A stretch of 64,000 nucleotides of DNA. It comes from Klebsiella pneumoniae. Its GTDB lineage: Bacteria > Pseudomonadota > Gammaproteobacteria > Eutrophobiales > Eutrophobiaceae. Positions 29,071 to 38,666 of this stretch are shown piece after piece. The stretch lies in NCBI GenBank assembly GCA_945870865.1, contig CAMBTO010000001.1:15487-79486 (forward strand), given 5' to 3'. The notes beneath the pieces are model-generated. The model made no database searches, was not told the origin of the DNA, and saw only the letters and a program-made list of their open reading frames with translations. The translations under genes were made by a program, and so were the position numbers. Each line of letters starts with the position of its first letter. Position 1 is the first letter of the stretch.

Positions 29071-30708
29071 TCAAACCTGGGTTACCCGCAGTACCTCGGC
29101 CAGACTGGTATCACCGGCAAAAACCCTGGCGATTCCGTCAGCGCGCAGGCTACGCATTCCCTGTTCACGGGCCAGCCTGCGTAATTCCTGCTCACCGCGA
29201 TTGTCATGTATCAACTGGCGGATTGCCTCATCGACTATCATCAGTTCATAGATACCGGTACGCCCGCGGTATCCGGTAAAACCACAAGCCTCACAGGTGC
29301 CAGGATAATATATCGTCACGGGCATGTTGCCCGTCACACCGAGCAGTTCGCATTCGGCATCATTCGCCGCATGTGGCTTGCGGCATGTCACACACAGCTT
29401 GCGCACCAGCCGCTGCGCCATCACGCCGAGCAGACTGGACGCCACCAGATATGGCTCGACGCCCATATCCACCAGGCGGGTGATACTGCCAGCTGCATCG
29501 TTCGTATGTAGGGTGGAAAAGACCAGATGTCCTGTCAGACTGGCCTGTACCGAGACCTCGGCAGTCTCCAGGTCTCGAATCTCGCCAACCATGATCACAT
29601 CAGGATCCTGACGTAACACCGCGCGCAGGCCGCGCGCGAAACTCATGCCGGTTTTAGTGTTGACCGGGATCTGGCCAACGCCGGGCAGTTCATATTCAAT
29701 CGGATCTTCTATAGTGATTATATTCACCTCGGCACTGCGTACCTGCTGCAGGGCCGCGTACAGTGTCGTGGTCTTGCCGGAGCCGGTCGGCCCGGTGACC
29801 AGAAAGATGCCATGGGGTGATCGAATCAGGTCTGTAAATCCGGCACTGATGTCGGAGGGCATACCGATCTGTTGCAGCGTCAACGGCCCCTGCTCCTTTT
29901 CCAGGATACGCATGACGACCCTTTCACCGTAATAGGTGGGCAGGGTGGACACACGCACGTCTACCATCCGTCCTGCCAGCCGCAGGCTGATGCGCCCGTC
30001 CTGCGGTACACGACGCTCGGCAATATCGAGACGCGCCATTACCTTGATTCTTGCAGCGATACGTCCTGCGAGCGCACGCGGTGGTTCTACCACATCCCGC
30101 AGGATGCCATCAACGCGATAACGTATAACCATACGTGACTCGAAGGGTTCGACATGGATATCGGAGGCACCATCCTCGATCGCCTGCGTCATCACCGCAT
30201 TCAACAAACGGATGATAGGCGCATCGTCCTGGTTATCGAGCAGGTCCTCCGGCAAGGCGGCAGAGGCAGTCTCCAGATCCACAGAATCACCCAGATCTTC
30301 CACGACATCAGCTGCCGCGCCGGTGCGTTCAAAGGCCCGTTGCAGGGCGCGGTTAAAGGCCGCATCACTGATCAGTACCGGATGCAGGCCGCTGCCAAAC
30401 TCGGCCTGTACTTCAAGCCAGGTGTCAAAGTTCACATCGGCGCGCACCCAGATGACCGTGGTATCCGCTTCCCGATACGCGGGTAAAATGCCGAGGCGAC
30501 GCGATTGACCAAATCCAAGTGTGGCTGCAAACGACTGATCCAGCCGGTTAATTTCCGGATGTTCATCACCGGTCCAGCCCAGTTGCCGGGCACGTTCAAA
30601 CAATGCCGACAGGGGGTTAGCTGCCTGTCCCGGGCCCGCTAGCGTATCAACAGCTGCGAGGACCTTGCTGTTGTCCATAGCCAGCACCTTGCCAGCCGGG
30701 CTGATCAT
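29071..30708 (-). CDS. gspE: type II secretion ATPase E
   Basis: The product has Walker A GPTGSGKTT, a tetracysteine cluster (CVTCRKP...CEACGFTGYRGRTGIYE) and Asp/His boxes. Confidence 0.95.
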   Translation of the reverse strand: MISPAGKVLAMDNSKVLAAVDTLAGPGQAANPLSALFERARQLGWTGDEHPEINRLDQSFAATLGFGQSRRLGILPAYREADTTVIWVRADVNFDTWLEVQAEFGSGLHPVLISDAAFNRALQRAFERTGAAADVVEDLGDSVDLETASAALPEDLLDNQDDAPIIRLLNAVMTQAIEDGASDIHVEPFESRMVIRYRVDGILRDVVEPPRALAGRIAARIKVMARLDIAERRVPQDGRISLRLAGRMVDVRVSTLPTYYGERVVMRILEKEQGPLTLQQIGMPSDISAGFTDLIRSPHGIFLVTGPTGSGKTTTLYAALQQVRSAEVNIITIEDPIEYELPGVGQIPVNTKTGMSFARGLRAVLRQDPDVIMVGEIRDLETAEVSVQASLTGHLVFSTLHTNDAAGSITRLVDMGVEPYLVASSLLGVMAQRLVRKLCVTCRKPHAANDAECELLGVTGNMPVTIYYPGTCEACGFTGYRGRTGIYELMIVDEAIRQLIHDNRGEQELRRLAREQGMRSLRADGIARVFAGDTSLAEVLRVTQV

Positions 30709-32672
30709 TGTTGCGTGGCCGCAGGGGCAGTATCAGTTTCCGGGGGCGAGGCAGGACTGACATACTCCCACTCCTCCAGAGGCGGCGATTTTTCTGCCGG
30801 TCTACCGGATACAGATTTACTGGTTAACTCATCAAGATATTCATATTTACGCCGGGTCGGTTCGTCCATGTCTGCCGATCCACGCACGATGCGTGGACGC
30901 AGGAATACAAGCAGGTTGGTCTTGCTGCGTTTGTTGCTGCGGTAACGGAACAGGTTGCCGAGGATCGGGATGTCACCGAGCAGAGGAACCTTTTGCCGGT
31001 TCTGCGCGGTATCTTCCTGTATCAGTCCACCAAGCACGAGCATGCGATTGTTTTCGGCGATCACCGTTGTCTTCAATGAACGCGTGTTGGTCACAATATC
31101 CTGCGCCTCACCACGTTGAGCGACACTGGAGACCTCCTGATAGATCTCCATCTTGATTGCGCTGCCTTCGGTGATCTGCGGTTTAATCCGCAGCGTCAGG
31201 CCGACGTCCTTGCGCTCTATGGTCTGGAATGGGTTGTTCAGTGTTCCGGCAGTTGCCGTCTGGCTATAGGCGCCGGTAACAAACGGGACATTCTGGCCGA
31301 CCACAATCTGTGCTTCCTGATTATCCATCGTCAGGATATTCGGTGTCGACAGGATGTTCGCATCACTCTGGCTCTCCAGCGCACGGGCCAGCCCGAGCAG
31401 ATTGACCACCTCGGTACCGTCCGGCAGCACCACCGTACCGTCTATAAATCCTATAGTGAGTCCGGTGCCGGTAGACAACGGATTGGTAATCACATCCTGG
31501 ATACTGGTGCCGACATCAAAGCCGCTACTGCCTATCACCCCTCTACTGTCATTGCGCAGGCCATCGGCGGTCTGTAACTGGATGCCGAATTCCCGGGCGA
31601 CATCGGCTGATACCTCTGCAATCAGCGCCTCGACATACACCTGCAAGCGCCGCACATCCAGACTCTCAATCACCTGGCGGATTTTTTTGAATTCCGACTT
31701 CGAGGCCTGCACAATCAGCGCATTGGTATCGGTATCCGCCTTGATGGACATCTTAGGCTGTGGTGAGGGACTGGCCTGCTGTTCCGCTGACGTATTGATC
31801 GTTCCCTGCAATACCTCGACCAAGTTTTCCGCATCGGCATTATTCAGAAATATGACCTGGGTATCACCGTTGTTTTCCGGCGGCTGATCCAGATCGGCGA
31901 GCAACTTGCGAATTTCATTACGGGTTGAGACATCAGCTTTGATTACCAGACTGTTTGTACGCGGTTCCTCAATAACCATAACGCCGGCACTGATGGCCGT
32001 TTGTTCTGCCGGCAGCGCGGGATACAATCGCCCAAGCAATGTCGCCATTTCAGCCGCAGACGCATTTGTCAGTGTAATGACCTCAAGCTCACCATTCTGT
32101 GAGGGCCGATCCAGCCGCTTCACAATGCTTACAATGCGATCCACATTCGAGGCCCGGTCAGTGATAATCAGGGAAGAGGATTCGGAGTCGGCCGCGAGAT
32201 GTCCATAGGCCGGCACAAGCGGCCGTAACACCGGAACCAGTCGTTCCGGGTTCACATGTTCAAGCTGGATAATCCGGGTTTGCATGTCATCACCAGCTGG
32301 TTGTGGGTCATCACTATAAACACTGGTATCCCTGACCTTGCCTTCCTCGGCCGGGACTATCTTGACCGCACCGTCTGCATCCACTGTTACAAAACCGTTA
32401 ACCTCAAGCACGGACTGGAACACCTTGTACGCCTGCTCGACGGTTAATGGTGTAGGCGCCACTACGGTAACCTTGCCCTGTACGCGCGGGTCGACCAGAA
32501 AATTCTTGCCGGTAAATTCAGAAACTGCCTGGATGACTGTACGCAGGTCTGCCTCCTCAAAGTCAAAATTGACCTGCTGGGCACGGACCATCTGCGGACC
32601 CGCCAGCATAATTCCAAGCAGCACCACACCAGGCAGCGACAGCAGGCAGCGGGTTGGTTTACAGTTTTTCAT
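30705..32672 (-). CDS. gspD: type II secretion secretin D
   Basis: The product has a signal peptide, N0-N3 domains and a C-terminal secretin domain (VPLLGDIPILGNLFRYRS). It has an unusual roughly 50-aa Pro/Glu-rich C-terminal tail. Confidence 0.9.
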   Translation of the reverse strand: MKNCKPTRCLLSLPGVVLLGIMLAGPQMVRAQQVNFDFEEADLRTVIQAVSEFTGKNFLVDPRVQGKVTVVAPTPLTVEQAYKVFQSVLEVNGFVTVDADGAVKIVPAEEGKVRDTSVYSDDPQPAGDDMQTRIIQLEHVNPERLVPVLRPLVPAYGHLAADSESSSLIITDRASNVDRIVSIVKRLDRPSQNGELEVITLTNASAAEMATLLGRLYPALPAEQTAISAGVMVIEEPRTNSLVIKADVSTRNEIRKLLADLDQPPENNGDTQVIFLNNADAENLVEVLQGTINTSAEQQASPSPQPKMSIKADTDTNALIVQASKSEFKKIRQVIESLDVRRLQVYVEALIAEVSADVAREFGIQLQTADGLRNDSRGVIGSSGFDVGTSIQDVITNPLSTGTGLTIGFIDGTVVLPDGTEVVNLLGLARALESQSDANILSTPNILTMDNQEAQIVVGQNVPFVTGAYSQTATAGTLNNPFQTIERKDVGLTLRIKPQITEGSAIKMEIYQEVSSVAQRGEAQDIVTNTRSLKTTVIAENNRMLVLGGLIQEDTAQNRQKVPLLGDIPILGNLFRYRSNKRSKTNLLVFLRPRIVRGSADMDEPTRRKYEYLDELTSKSVSGRPAEKSPPLEEWEYVSPASPPETDTAPAATQQ

Positions 32673-32684
32673 CGGCCATCCTGG

Positions 32685-33602
32685 TTATTGAACTGAAAAA
32701 TTGAGATTGATATTACTGCCACCCCGTAATACACCAATGCGGAATTGTGTAGTCGATGCGAGGGCCTGATACGCCCCCAGTGCCTCCTCACCATTCCGGA
32801 CCGGTTTGCCATTTACGGAATTGATAATGTCGTCCTGACGCAGTCCAAGCTGTTCGAACACGCTGCCCTGCTTCAGGCTGACGATACGAAAGCCGGTCTG
32901 CTGACCATTATCTACCTGCGGTACCGCCGTAGCCTGTATTAATAATGCAGGCAGGTTTTTCATATGTTGTTCCAGTGTGGCCCGGGTAATCATCCGTTCA
33001 GTGTCACTGATCCTGACAATCTCACCGGGCAGGTTAAACCGGGCCTGGGCGGGCAGCTTGTCTGTGTTGCCTGACAGTTTTCTCGCCACCAGATTCAGTG
33101 CCTCGATGATCCCGTTCCTGCGTATAACCACCCTCCTTGGCTCAATCCGGATTATGTCGGCGCCTTCCACCTGCTCGCCGGTCCGGTACACCCTTTCCTT
33201 CTGGCCGCTGGCTGAAATCAGTGCATACCTGTTCTGTGTGCCCTGATCTGCCAGTATTCCTTTCAATACCAGATTCAGGGGGGTCTGTTGTAATGATTGT
33301 TCAGGCATTTCGATTGCCACGGCAGCGGCGCCTGCCGTTCCAAACATCTGCTTTAAAACCGGTGATATGGAAATTTCCCCATTGCTGCGAACTTGTGCAG
33401 GCAGGTCATTTTGACTACCCGGGGAAGATACGCCCGCCGGACCGATATCCACCTCGGTAACGGACGGTATCAGATCGAGGATCAGCCGAGCCAGCGTAAC
33501 CGCTATTAATAACACGAGCACCAGCTCGATACCCCGCAGGATACGGTTCTGCATGGTCTGGTCATGCATCAGTCTACCTGCAATGTCTGCAATACGGATC
33601 AT
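32685..33602 (-). CDS. gspC: type II secretion protein C (PDZ domain)
   Basis: It is the first gene of the operon. The product has an N-terminal TM helix and a C-terminal PDZ domain (GFRIVSLKQGSVFEQLGLRQDDIINSVNGKPV). Confidence 0.7.
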   Translation of the reverse strand: MIRIADIAGRLMHDQTMQNRILRGIELVLVLLIAVTLARLILDLIPSVTEVDIGPAGVSSPGSQNDLPAQVRSNGEISISPVLKQMFGTAGAAAVAIEMPEQSLQQTPLNLVLKGILADQGTQNRYALISASGQKERVYRTGEQVEGADIIRIEPRRVVIRRNGIIEALNLVARKLSGNTDKLPAQARFNLPGEIVRISDTERMITRATLEQHMKNLPALLIQATAVPQVDNGQQTGFRIVSLKQGSVFEQLGLRQDDIINSVNGKPVRNGEEALGAYQALASTTQFRIGVLRGGSNINLNFSVQ

Positions 33603-33632
33603 AGTATTTTCAGTTTAAACACGCCTGCAGGG

Positions 33633-33676
33633 AAAAGCAAAAACGTGCCCTGTTTATCTGTGATACCCAGGGCACG
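33633..33676 (-). terminator. rho-independent terminator after pstS
   Basis: The minus-strand reading is CGTGCCCTG-(15 nt loop)-CAGGGCACG followed by TTTTTGCTTTT. Confidence 0.6.
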
Positions 33677-33719
33677 TCGTAAAGTGGCCGGACTGCCAGT
33701 CCGTTCGGGAAGGGGTAGA

Positions 33720-34709
33720 CTACTTTGCCAGACCCAGCTGTTTTTCAGCGAGCGCGGCTGGCAGGGGGATATAGCCATCCTTCAGTACAACCGTCTGCCC
33801 GGTCTTCGACATGACCATTTTAACAAACTCCATCTCCAGAGGGGGTAATGGATTATTCGGATGTTTGTTTACATATATATATAATAGACGGGAAAGCGGG
33901 TATTTACCGGCTATCGCATTTTCTGCTGTCGCCTCGATATAGGCCTCACCCAGTTTTTTTGCCAACGGTACGGCCCTGACACCGGAGGTCTTGTAACCTA
34001 CACCTGAATAACCAATCGCATTTATAGATTTGGTTATGCCCTGCACGACCGAAGCCGAACCTGGTTGTTCGTTGACAGTATTCTTGAAATCACCTTTGCA
34101 CAGGGCAAACTCCTTGAAATACCCGTAGGTGCCGGAGACCGAGTTTCTGCCATACAGCTGGACAGGCCGGGCGGCCCAACTGGCGTCCAGCCCAAGCTGA
34201 CCCCAGTTGGTAATGTCAGCCGGATTACCACATTTACGCGTGGCTGAAAATACCGCGTCCACGTCGGCTATGGTCATTCCCTTGATCGGATTGTCCTTGT
34301 GCACATAAACAGCCAATGCATCGATAGCCACACCAATCGCTGTCGGCTTGTAGCCATGGTGTCCTTCAAATGCGGCAATCTCGCCCTGGGTCATCATCCG
34401 GCTCATCGGCCCCAGATTTGCCGTGCCCTCGGTCAGTGCCGGTGGGGCCGTGGACGAACCGGCCGCCTGGATCTGGATATTCACATTCGGGTACAGCCGC
34501 TTGAATTCCTCAGCCCACAGGGTCATCAGGTTGGCCAGTGTGTCTGAACCTACGCTGATGATATTACCGGAAATACCGCTCTGTTTTGAATATTCGGACA
34601 GTGCGGGATCAAGGTCATCTGCCGCATAGGCAGTCCCTGACAGCAGCAGTAATAATAAAGCGATTCTTTTCATGGGGTTTTTCATCAATCCGGATCTCCA
34701 GTTAAGCAA
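33720..34709 (-). CDS. pstS: phosphate ABC transporter periplasmic binding protein
   Basis: The 329-aa product has a signal peptide and the PstS/PBP fold motifs [14 protein letters not shown]...GSS. Confidence 0.9.
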   Translation of the reverse strand: MLNWRSGLMKNPMKRIALLLLLLSGTAYAADDLDPALSEYSKQSGISGNIISVGSDTLANLMTLWAEEFKRLYPNVNIQIQAAGSSTAPPALTEGTANLGPMSRMMTQGEIAAFEGHHGYKPTAIGVAIDALAVYVHKDNPIKGMTIADVDAVFSATRKCGNPADITNWGQLGLDASWAARPVQLYGRNSVSGTYGYFKEFALCKGDFKNTVNEQPGSASVVQGITKSINAIGYSGVGYKTSGVRAVPLAKKLGEAYIEATAENAIAGKYPLSRLLYIYVNKHPNNPLPPLEMEFVKMVMSKTGQTVVLKDGYIPLPAALAEKQLGLAK

Positions 34710-34740
34710 TATTCAGGTAACACCGGCATTGTTGGCCGGG

Positions 34741-34783
34741 GTCATTACCAAAATATGACAAAATTATTAAAATAATATGACGG
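34741..34783 (-). promoter_or_regulatory. tandem Pho boxes (pstS promoter)
   Basis: The minus-strand reading is CCGTCAT-ATTA-TTTTAAT-AATT-TTGTCAT-ATTT-TGGTAAT. Four 7-bp half-sites are 11-bp phased and end 35 bp upstream of the pstS ATG. Confidence 0.7.
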
Positions 34784-34816
34784 CGGCAGAATATCACTGT
34801 CTTTCACCGCACCGAC

Positions 34817-36148
34817 TCAGGTCCTCGCAGGTATAACGTCCCTGCGCAACACCCGGTTTGCCGGGAACAAGAAGCGAAAGGTACTGCCTGCCCCGGGACT
34901 GCTCTCAATCTCGAGCCGGGCGTTGTGTCTTCCCAGTATGTGTTTGACAATGGCAAGTCCGAGACCCGTCCCGCCCTTATCTCGCGATCGTCCTCGATCC
35001 ACACGATAAAACCGTTCGGTCAATCGGGGGATATGCTCGGCACCGATCCCTTCTCCGGTATCCGTTACCTCAAACACGGCACCCTCCTCAACTGCATACC
35101 AACGTAACATAACCTTGCCCTGGTCAGGTGTGTGCTGTACCGCATTGATGACCACATTGGATACCGCGCTGTAGATCTGGCTTCGATCACCTTCTATCCA
35201 CAGGCCCGGTTCCGCCTCGACGACAAAGTCATGCTTCTGCTCGCCACTGATCGCTCTCGCCTCATCGAGGATACTGTTCAACATGTCAGACAGCCTGACC
35301 GGTTCACGCTCACACGGGGTTTCACGGGTTTCAAGTGTAGACAGCTTCAGCAGGTCCTCAATCAGACGGCTCATTCTTTCGGTCTGTTTGCGCATTTGCC
35401 GGATCCTGGCGCGGGTCTGTTCGACCTCATCGTCGGCAAATCCGTCTTCAAATGACTCCAGATAACCTGATATTACCGTCAACGGTGTACGTAATTCGTG
35501 GGAGGCATTCGCTATAAAATCGGTGCGCATACGTGTGACCCGGTAGATCTTGGTAATGTCGCGCGCCATCAACAACTTGCCAGAATCACCATATGAAACC
35601 ACCCGCAGCTCCAGATGCACGTCCTTGTTGGCCGGGGAGACCAGTTCGAGTCTTTCTTCCCGCTGCTGTCCCGCATCCCGGGTTTCTTTCATGAAATTGA
35701 CCACACTGGGATGGCGGAACAGGTTGACCAGGCGTTGTCCACGGTCCTGTGGATTACGGATACCCAGGTATTCACCGGCCTTGCTGTTAGCCCATACAAT
35801 CTCGTCATTTCTGCCGAGCACGACCATCGCATCGGGCAAGGCCTGGGTGGCCTCCTTGAATCGTTTCAGGTAACTGGCCAGCTTCTTCTTCTGTTTACGA
35901 TGATGGTCGCGTAAATAACCATACTGGCGTGCCATTCCCTCCAGTACACCGGGGATATGCGGGGGTTCCGAAAGTTTCCGGCTCCGCATCCAGTGCAACA
36001 GCCTCAGCAGTGTTGTGTACTCCCAGTAACCGTAGGAAAGTAGGCCGATAGACAGCCAGAAATAGAGGTGTCCACTCAACAACCCTACGGCAAGGGAAAA
36101 TGCAATAACAGCGGTTATGCGGTATAAATCCTGTCTCATCAGCAACAA
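34817..36148 (-). CDS. phoR: phosphate regulon sensor histidine kinase
   Basis: The product has two N-terminal TM helices, a PAS domain, an H-box (HELRTPLT) and HATPase G-boxes. The gene lies downstream of phoB. Confidence 0.9.
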   Translation of the reverse strand: MLLMRQDLYRITAVIAFSLAVGLLSGHLYFWLSIGLLSYGYWEYTTLLRLLHWMRSRKLSEPPHIPGVLEGMARQYGYLRDHHRKQKKKLASYLKRFKEATQALPDAMVVLGRNDEIVWANSKAGEYLGIRNPQDRGQRLVNLFRHPSVVNFMKETRDAGQQREERLELVSPANKDVHLELRVVSYGDSGKLLMARDITKIYRVTRMRTDFIANASHELRTPLTVISGYLESFEDGFADDEVEQTRARIRQMRKQTERMSRLIEDLLKLSTLETRETPCEREPVRLSDMLNSILDEARAISGEQKHDFVVEAEPGLWIEGDRSQIYSAVSNVVINAVQHTPDQGKVMLRWYAVEEGAVFEVTDTGEGIGAEHIPRLTERFYRVDRGRSRDKGGTGLGLAIVKHILGRHNARLEIESSPGAGSTFRFLFPANRVLRRDVIPART

Positions 36149-36160
36149 TCGCGGACAGGC

Positions 36161-36868
36161 TTATTTGATGGAGAAACGGTAACCAAAACTCCTGACAGTC
36201 TGAATGTATCTATCGAAACCAAACGGCTCCAGCGTTTTGCGTAGCCGGCGTATATGGACGTCGACAGTCCGTTCTTCCACGTAGACATTCTGGCCCCAGA
36301 CCTGATCGAGTAATTGGGTTCTATTATAAACCTTTTCTGGATGTTTTATAAAAAAATGCAGCAGGCGGAATTCGGTCGGGCTGATATCAATAATGCTTTC
36401 ACCGGCGCTGACCCGACAGGTTTCAGGGTCGAGCCGCAGGCCGGCGATCTCGACAATTTCCAGCGTTTCTTTCTGTGAGGTACGGCGGATGACAGCACGT
36501 ATCCTCGCCAGCAGTTCCTTGGTTGAAAACGGTTTGGTGATGTAATCATCCGAGCCGATATCGAGCGCGCGGACCTTGTCGGTTTCATCTCCGCGGGCTG
36601 TCAGCATGATGACGGGGATGTCGCGGGTCTCTACATTTGTACGCAAGCGTCGCGCATACTCGATCCCGCTGGTACCTGGCAACATCCAGTCCATCAGAAT
36701 CAGATCCGGTTTGCGCCGTTCTATGACCAGGCGAGCGGCCTCGGTGTCTGCCGCCTCCTCGAAGATATAGCCCTCCTTCATCAGGGCGTAACCAAGCATC
36801 TCACGGATCGCGGCTTCATCCTCGACGACGAGTATGCGTTCTTTCATCTTGACGGTGTAATCGGACAC
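36161..36868 (-). CDS. phoB: phosphate regulon response regulator
   Basis: The product has a REC domain (ILVVEDE...[11 protein letters not shown]) and an OmpR-type winged-helix domain. Confidence 0.95.
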   Translation of the reverse strand: MSDYTVKMKERILVVEDEAAIREMLGYALMKEGYIFEEAADTEAARLVIERRKPDLILMDWMLPGTSGIEYARRLRTNVETRDIPVIMLTARGDETDKVRALDIGSDDYITKPFSTKELLARIRAVIRRTSQKETLEIVEIAGLRLDPETCRVSAGESIIDISPTEFRLLHFFIKHPEKVYNRTQLLDQVWGQNVYVEERTVDVHIRRLRKTLEPFGFDRYIQTVRSFGYRFSIK

Positions 36869-36982
36869 ATTGGTATTTAATCCGGTAAATGTGACATTTT
36901 GATTAAATTAGTATGTATAAACTGTTACATGGCCGAAACAGGGGCAGTCCATTAATCTGATATACGCACGATTGTAACAGTA

Positions 36983-37000
36983 CTGTCATAATTTTGTCAT
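36983..37000 (+). promoter_or_regulatory. Pho box in the phoB-porin divergent region
   Basis: CTGTCAT-AATT-TTGTCAT is a near-consensus 18-bp Pho box. It lies about 40 bp upstream of the porin start and about 115 bp from the phoB start. Confidence 0.7.
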
Positions 37001-37022
37001 ATTCTGCACCCGCTTATAACAG

Positions 37023-38294
37023 GTGTACACACAGGAGAATATTGTGCTCTCACATCGAACATGGCAGCTGAGGCTGCTAATACTGAGTATAACCATCGGT
37101 TCTGTGCCATTCCAGACCTACGCCGCCAACTCTGCACTGATGGAGCTGATCCAGATACTGAAAAACAAGGGCAGTATCACTGAGGCAGAATACCAGCTAT
37201 TACAAAAGGCCGCCGCAGAGGACGAAACACCAGCCGTTGCCGCAGCCCAACCGGCCATCACCAGACAGGCGGATGTACCGGTAACATCTGTCGCCGCCAA
37301 ACCTGCGAGCAGCAACTGGACAGACAGTGTGGCCCTGAAAGGTGATATACGCTTACGTTACCAGAATGAGCAAGAGAAACCGGGGGCAGGCCGTGACCGC
37401 ACCCGTATACGTTATCGTTTGGGTGTCACCGCACAACCGACTGCCGGATGGGAGATCGGTGGCGGACTGGCCACCGGCCCGGCCGACCCGCGCTCGACCA
37501 ACCAGACGTTTACTGAATCATTCAGTAAAAAGGCGATGAATCTGGACTACGGCTACGCACAATACCTGTTTAACGATCATCTGAAACTGATCGGCGGCAA
37601 GTTCAGAACAACAGGTTATCTCTATACAGTGTCGGACCTGCTGTATGACACGGATATTAATCCTGAAGGCATATCTGCAAACTTTACCTACTCATCGAAC
37701 TTTGGTAGTTCATTCGCGAATACCGGCCTGTGGGTAATGGAAGAAAAAAGCGCGAGTGACAAGGACCCCTACCTGGCGTATCTGCAACTTGGTCAGTCCT
37801 ACAGCTCGGACAGCGTGTTTGCCAGTCTGGCCGGGACTTACTACAGCTTTGAAGACAACACCACTGCAGGTGCATTTCCGACCACGGGCGCAAACACAGA
37901 TTTCGAATTCAGTGGTATCTATTTCTTGTCAGGAGAAATTGGCCTGCACAACCTGATTGGTGAGGGATCCCGTATCAGCCTGATCGCTGACCTGCTCGAA
38001 AACAGCGATACAGACACCAGCGACGAAACAGGCTACCTGCTTGGTTTCAAGGGCACCTATGCGCTCTGGTCATTCCGCTATAATTATGCACGGCTTGATC
38101 GAAACAGCTGGCCGGACTTCCTGCCGGATGCCGACCGTTACTCAGGACGCACCGGCATACGCGGACACGAGTTTCTGGTTGAATACGCCATCATGAAAAA
38201 TGTCTTGCTCGCTGTGAATTATTACCTGAGTGAGCAGGACACCACCGGCTTTGAACAGGATCTGTTGCAACTGGATCTGAACGTTAAGTTTTAA
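37023..38294 (+). CDS. outer-membrane porin, probably phosphate-selective (OprO/OprP-like)
   Basis: The product has a signal peptide, a helical N-terminal segment, beta-strand-rich sequence and a C-terminal Phe. A Pho box is directly upstream. The start may be the GTG at about 37044 after an AGGAGA RBS. Confidence 0.5.
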   Translation: MYTQENIVLSHRTWQLRLLILSITIGSVPFQTYAANSALMELIQILKNKGSITEAEYQLLQKAAAEDETPAVAAAQPAITRQADVPVTSVAAKPASSNWTDSVALKGDIRLRYQNEQEKPGAGRDRTRIRYRLGVTAQPTAGWEIGGGLATGPADPRSTNQTFTESFSKKAMNLDYGYAQYLFNDHLKLIGGKFRTTGYLYTVSDLLYDTDINPEGISANFTYSSNFGSSFANTGLWVMEEKSASDKDPYLAYLQLGQSYSSDSVFASLAGTYYSFEDNTTAGAFPTTGANTDFEFSGIYFLSGEIGLHNLIGEGSRISLIADLLENSDTDTSDETGYLLGFKGTYALWSFRYNYARLDRNSWPDFLPDADRYSGRTGIRGHEFLVEYAIMKNVLLAVNYYLSEQDTTGFEQDLLQLDLNVKF

Positions 38295-38321
38295 AACAGG
38301 GCAAAATAATTCAGGTGGAAG

Positions 38322-38422
38322 GCGGTCCGGTTTACTTGTGAAAGACCGTGTGCCGCAGGGATGCGGCACCCGAGCCTACATGGATGTATTCACGGCGTGT
38401 CTTGAACAAGTAAACCGGACCG
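38322..38422. repeat. extended inverted repeat (19-bp perfect arms GGCGGTCCGGTTTACTTGT / ACAAGTAAACCGGACCGCC, nested GTGCCGCA/TGCGGCAC palindrome)
   Basis: This was read directly. It lies in the 372-bp porin-comEA intergenic region. Confidence 0.6.
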
Positions 38423-38666
38423 CCAACCCTGCCTGGAGATATGACCCTATCCTCAACATCACTTTTTTTGATGCGGCACACGGTCTTGCGCAAACAAACC
38501 GGACAACCCTTCCAGTCTGCAAGTTCATTGACATCTGCTCGCCTGTTTTCGACTATTTGCCTTTCGATATCCCCTTTTTGCGGTATGTTCGAGTCCGCCG
38601 TCTACGGGTACTATCTGCTCGCAGTTCATGGAAACTATGGAATATGGAACCTAAAAGGAGATCACA

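Noticed and set aside
38585-38615. A GTTCGAGTCC tRNA T-loop-like motif
   Set aside because: The flanking sequence does not form a cloverleaf. There is no acceptor stem or CCA, and no anticodon or D arm with correct spacing.
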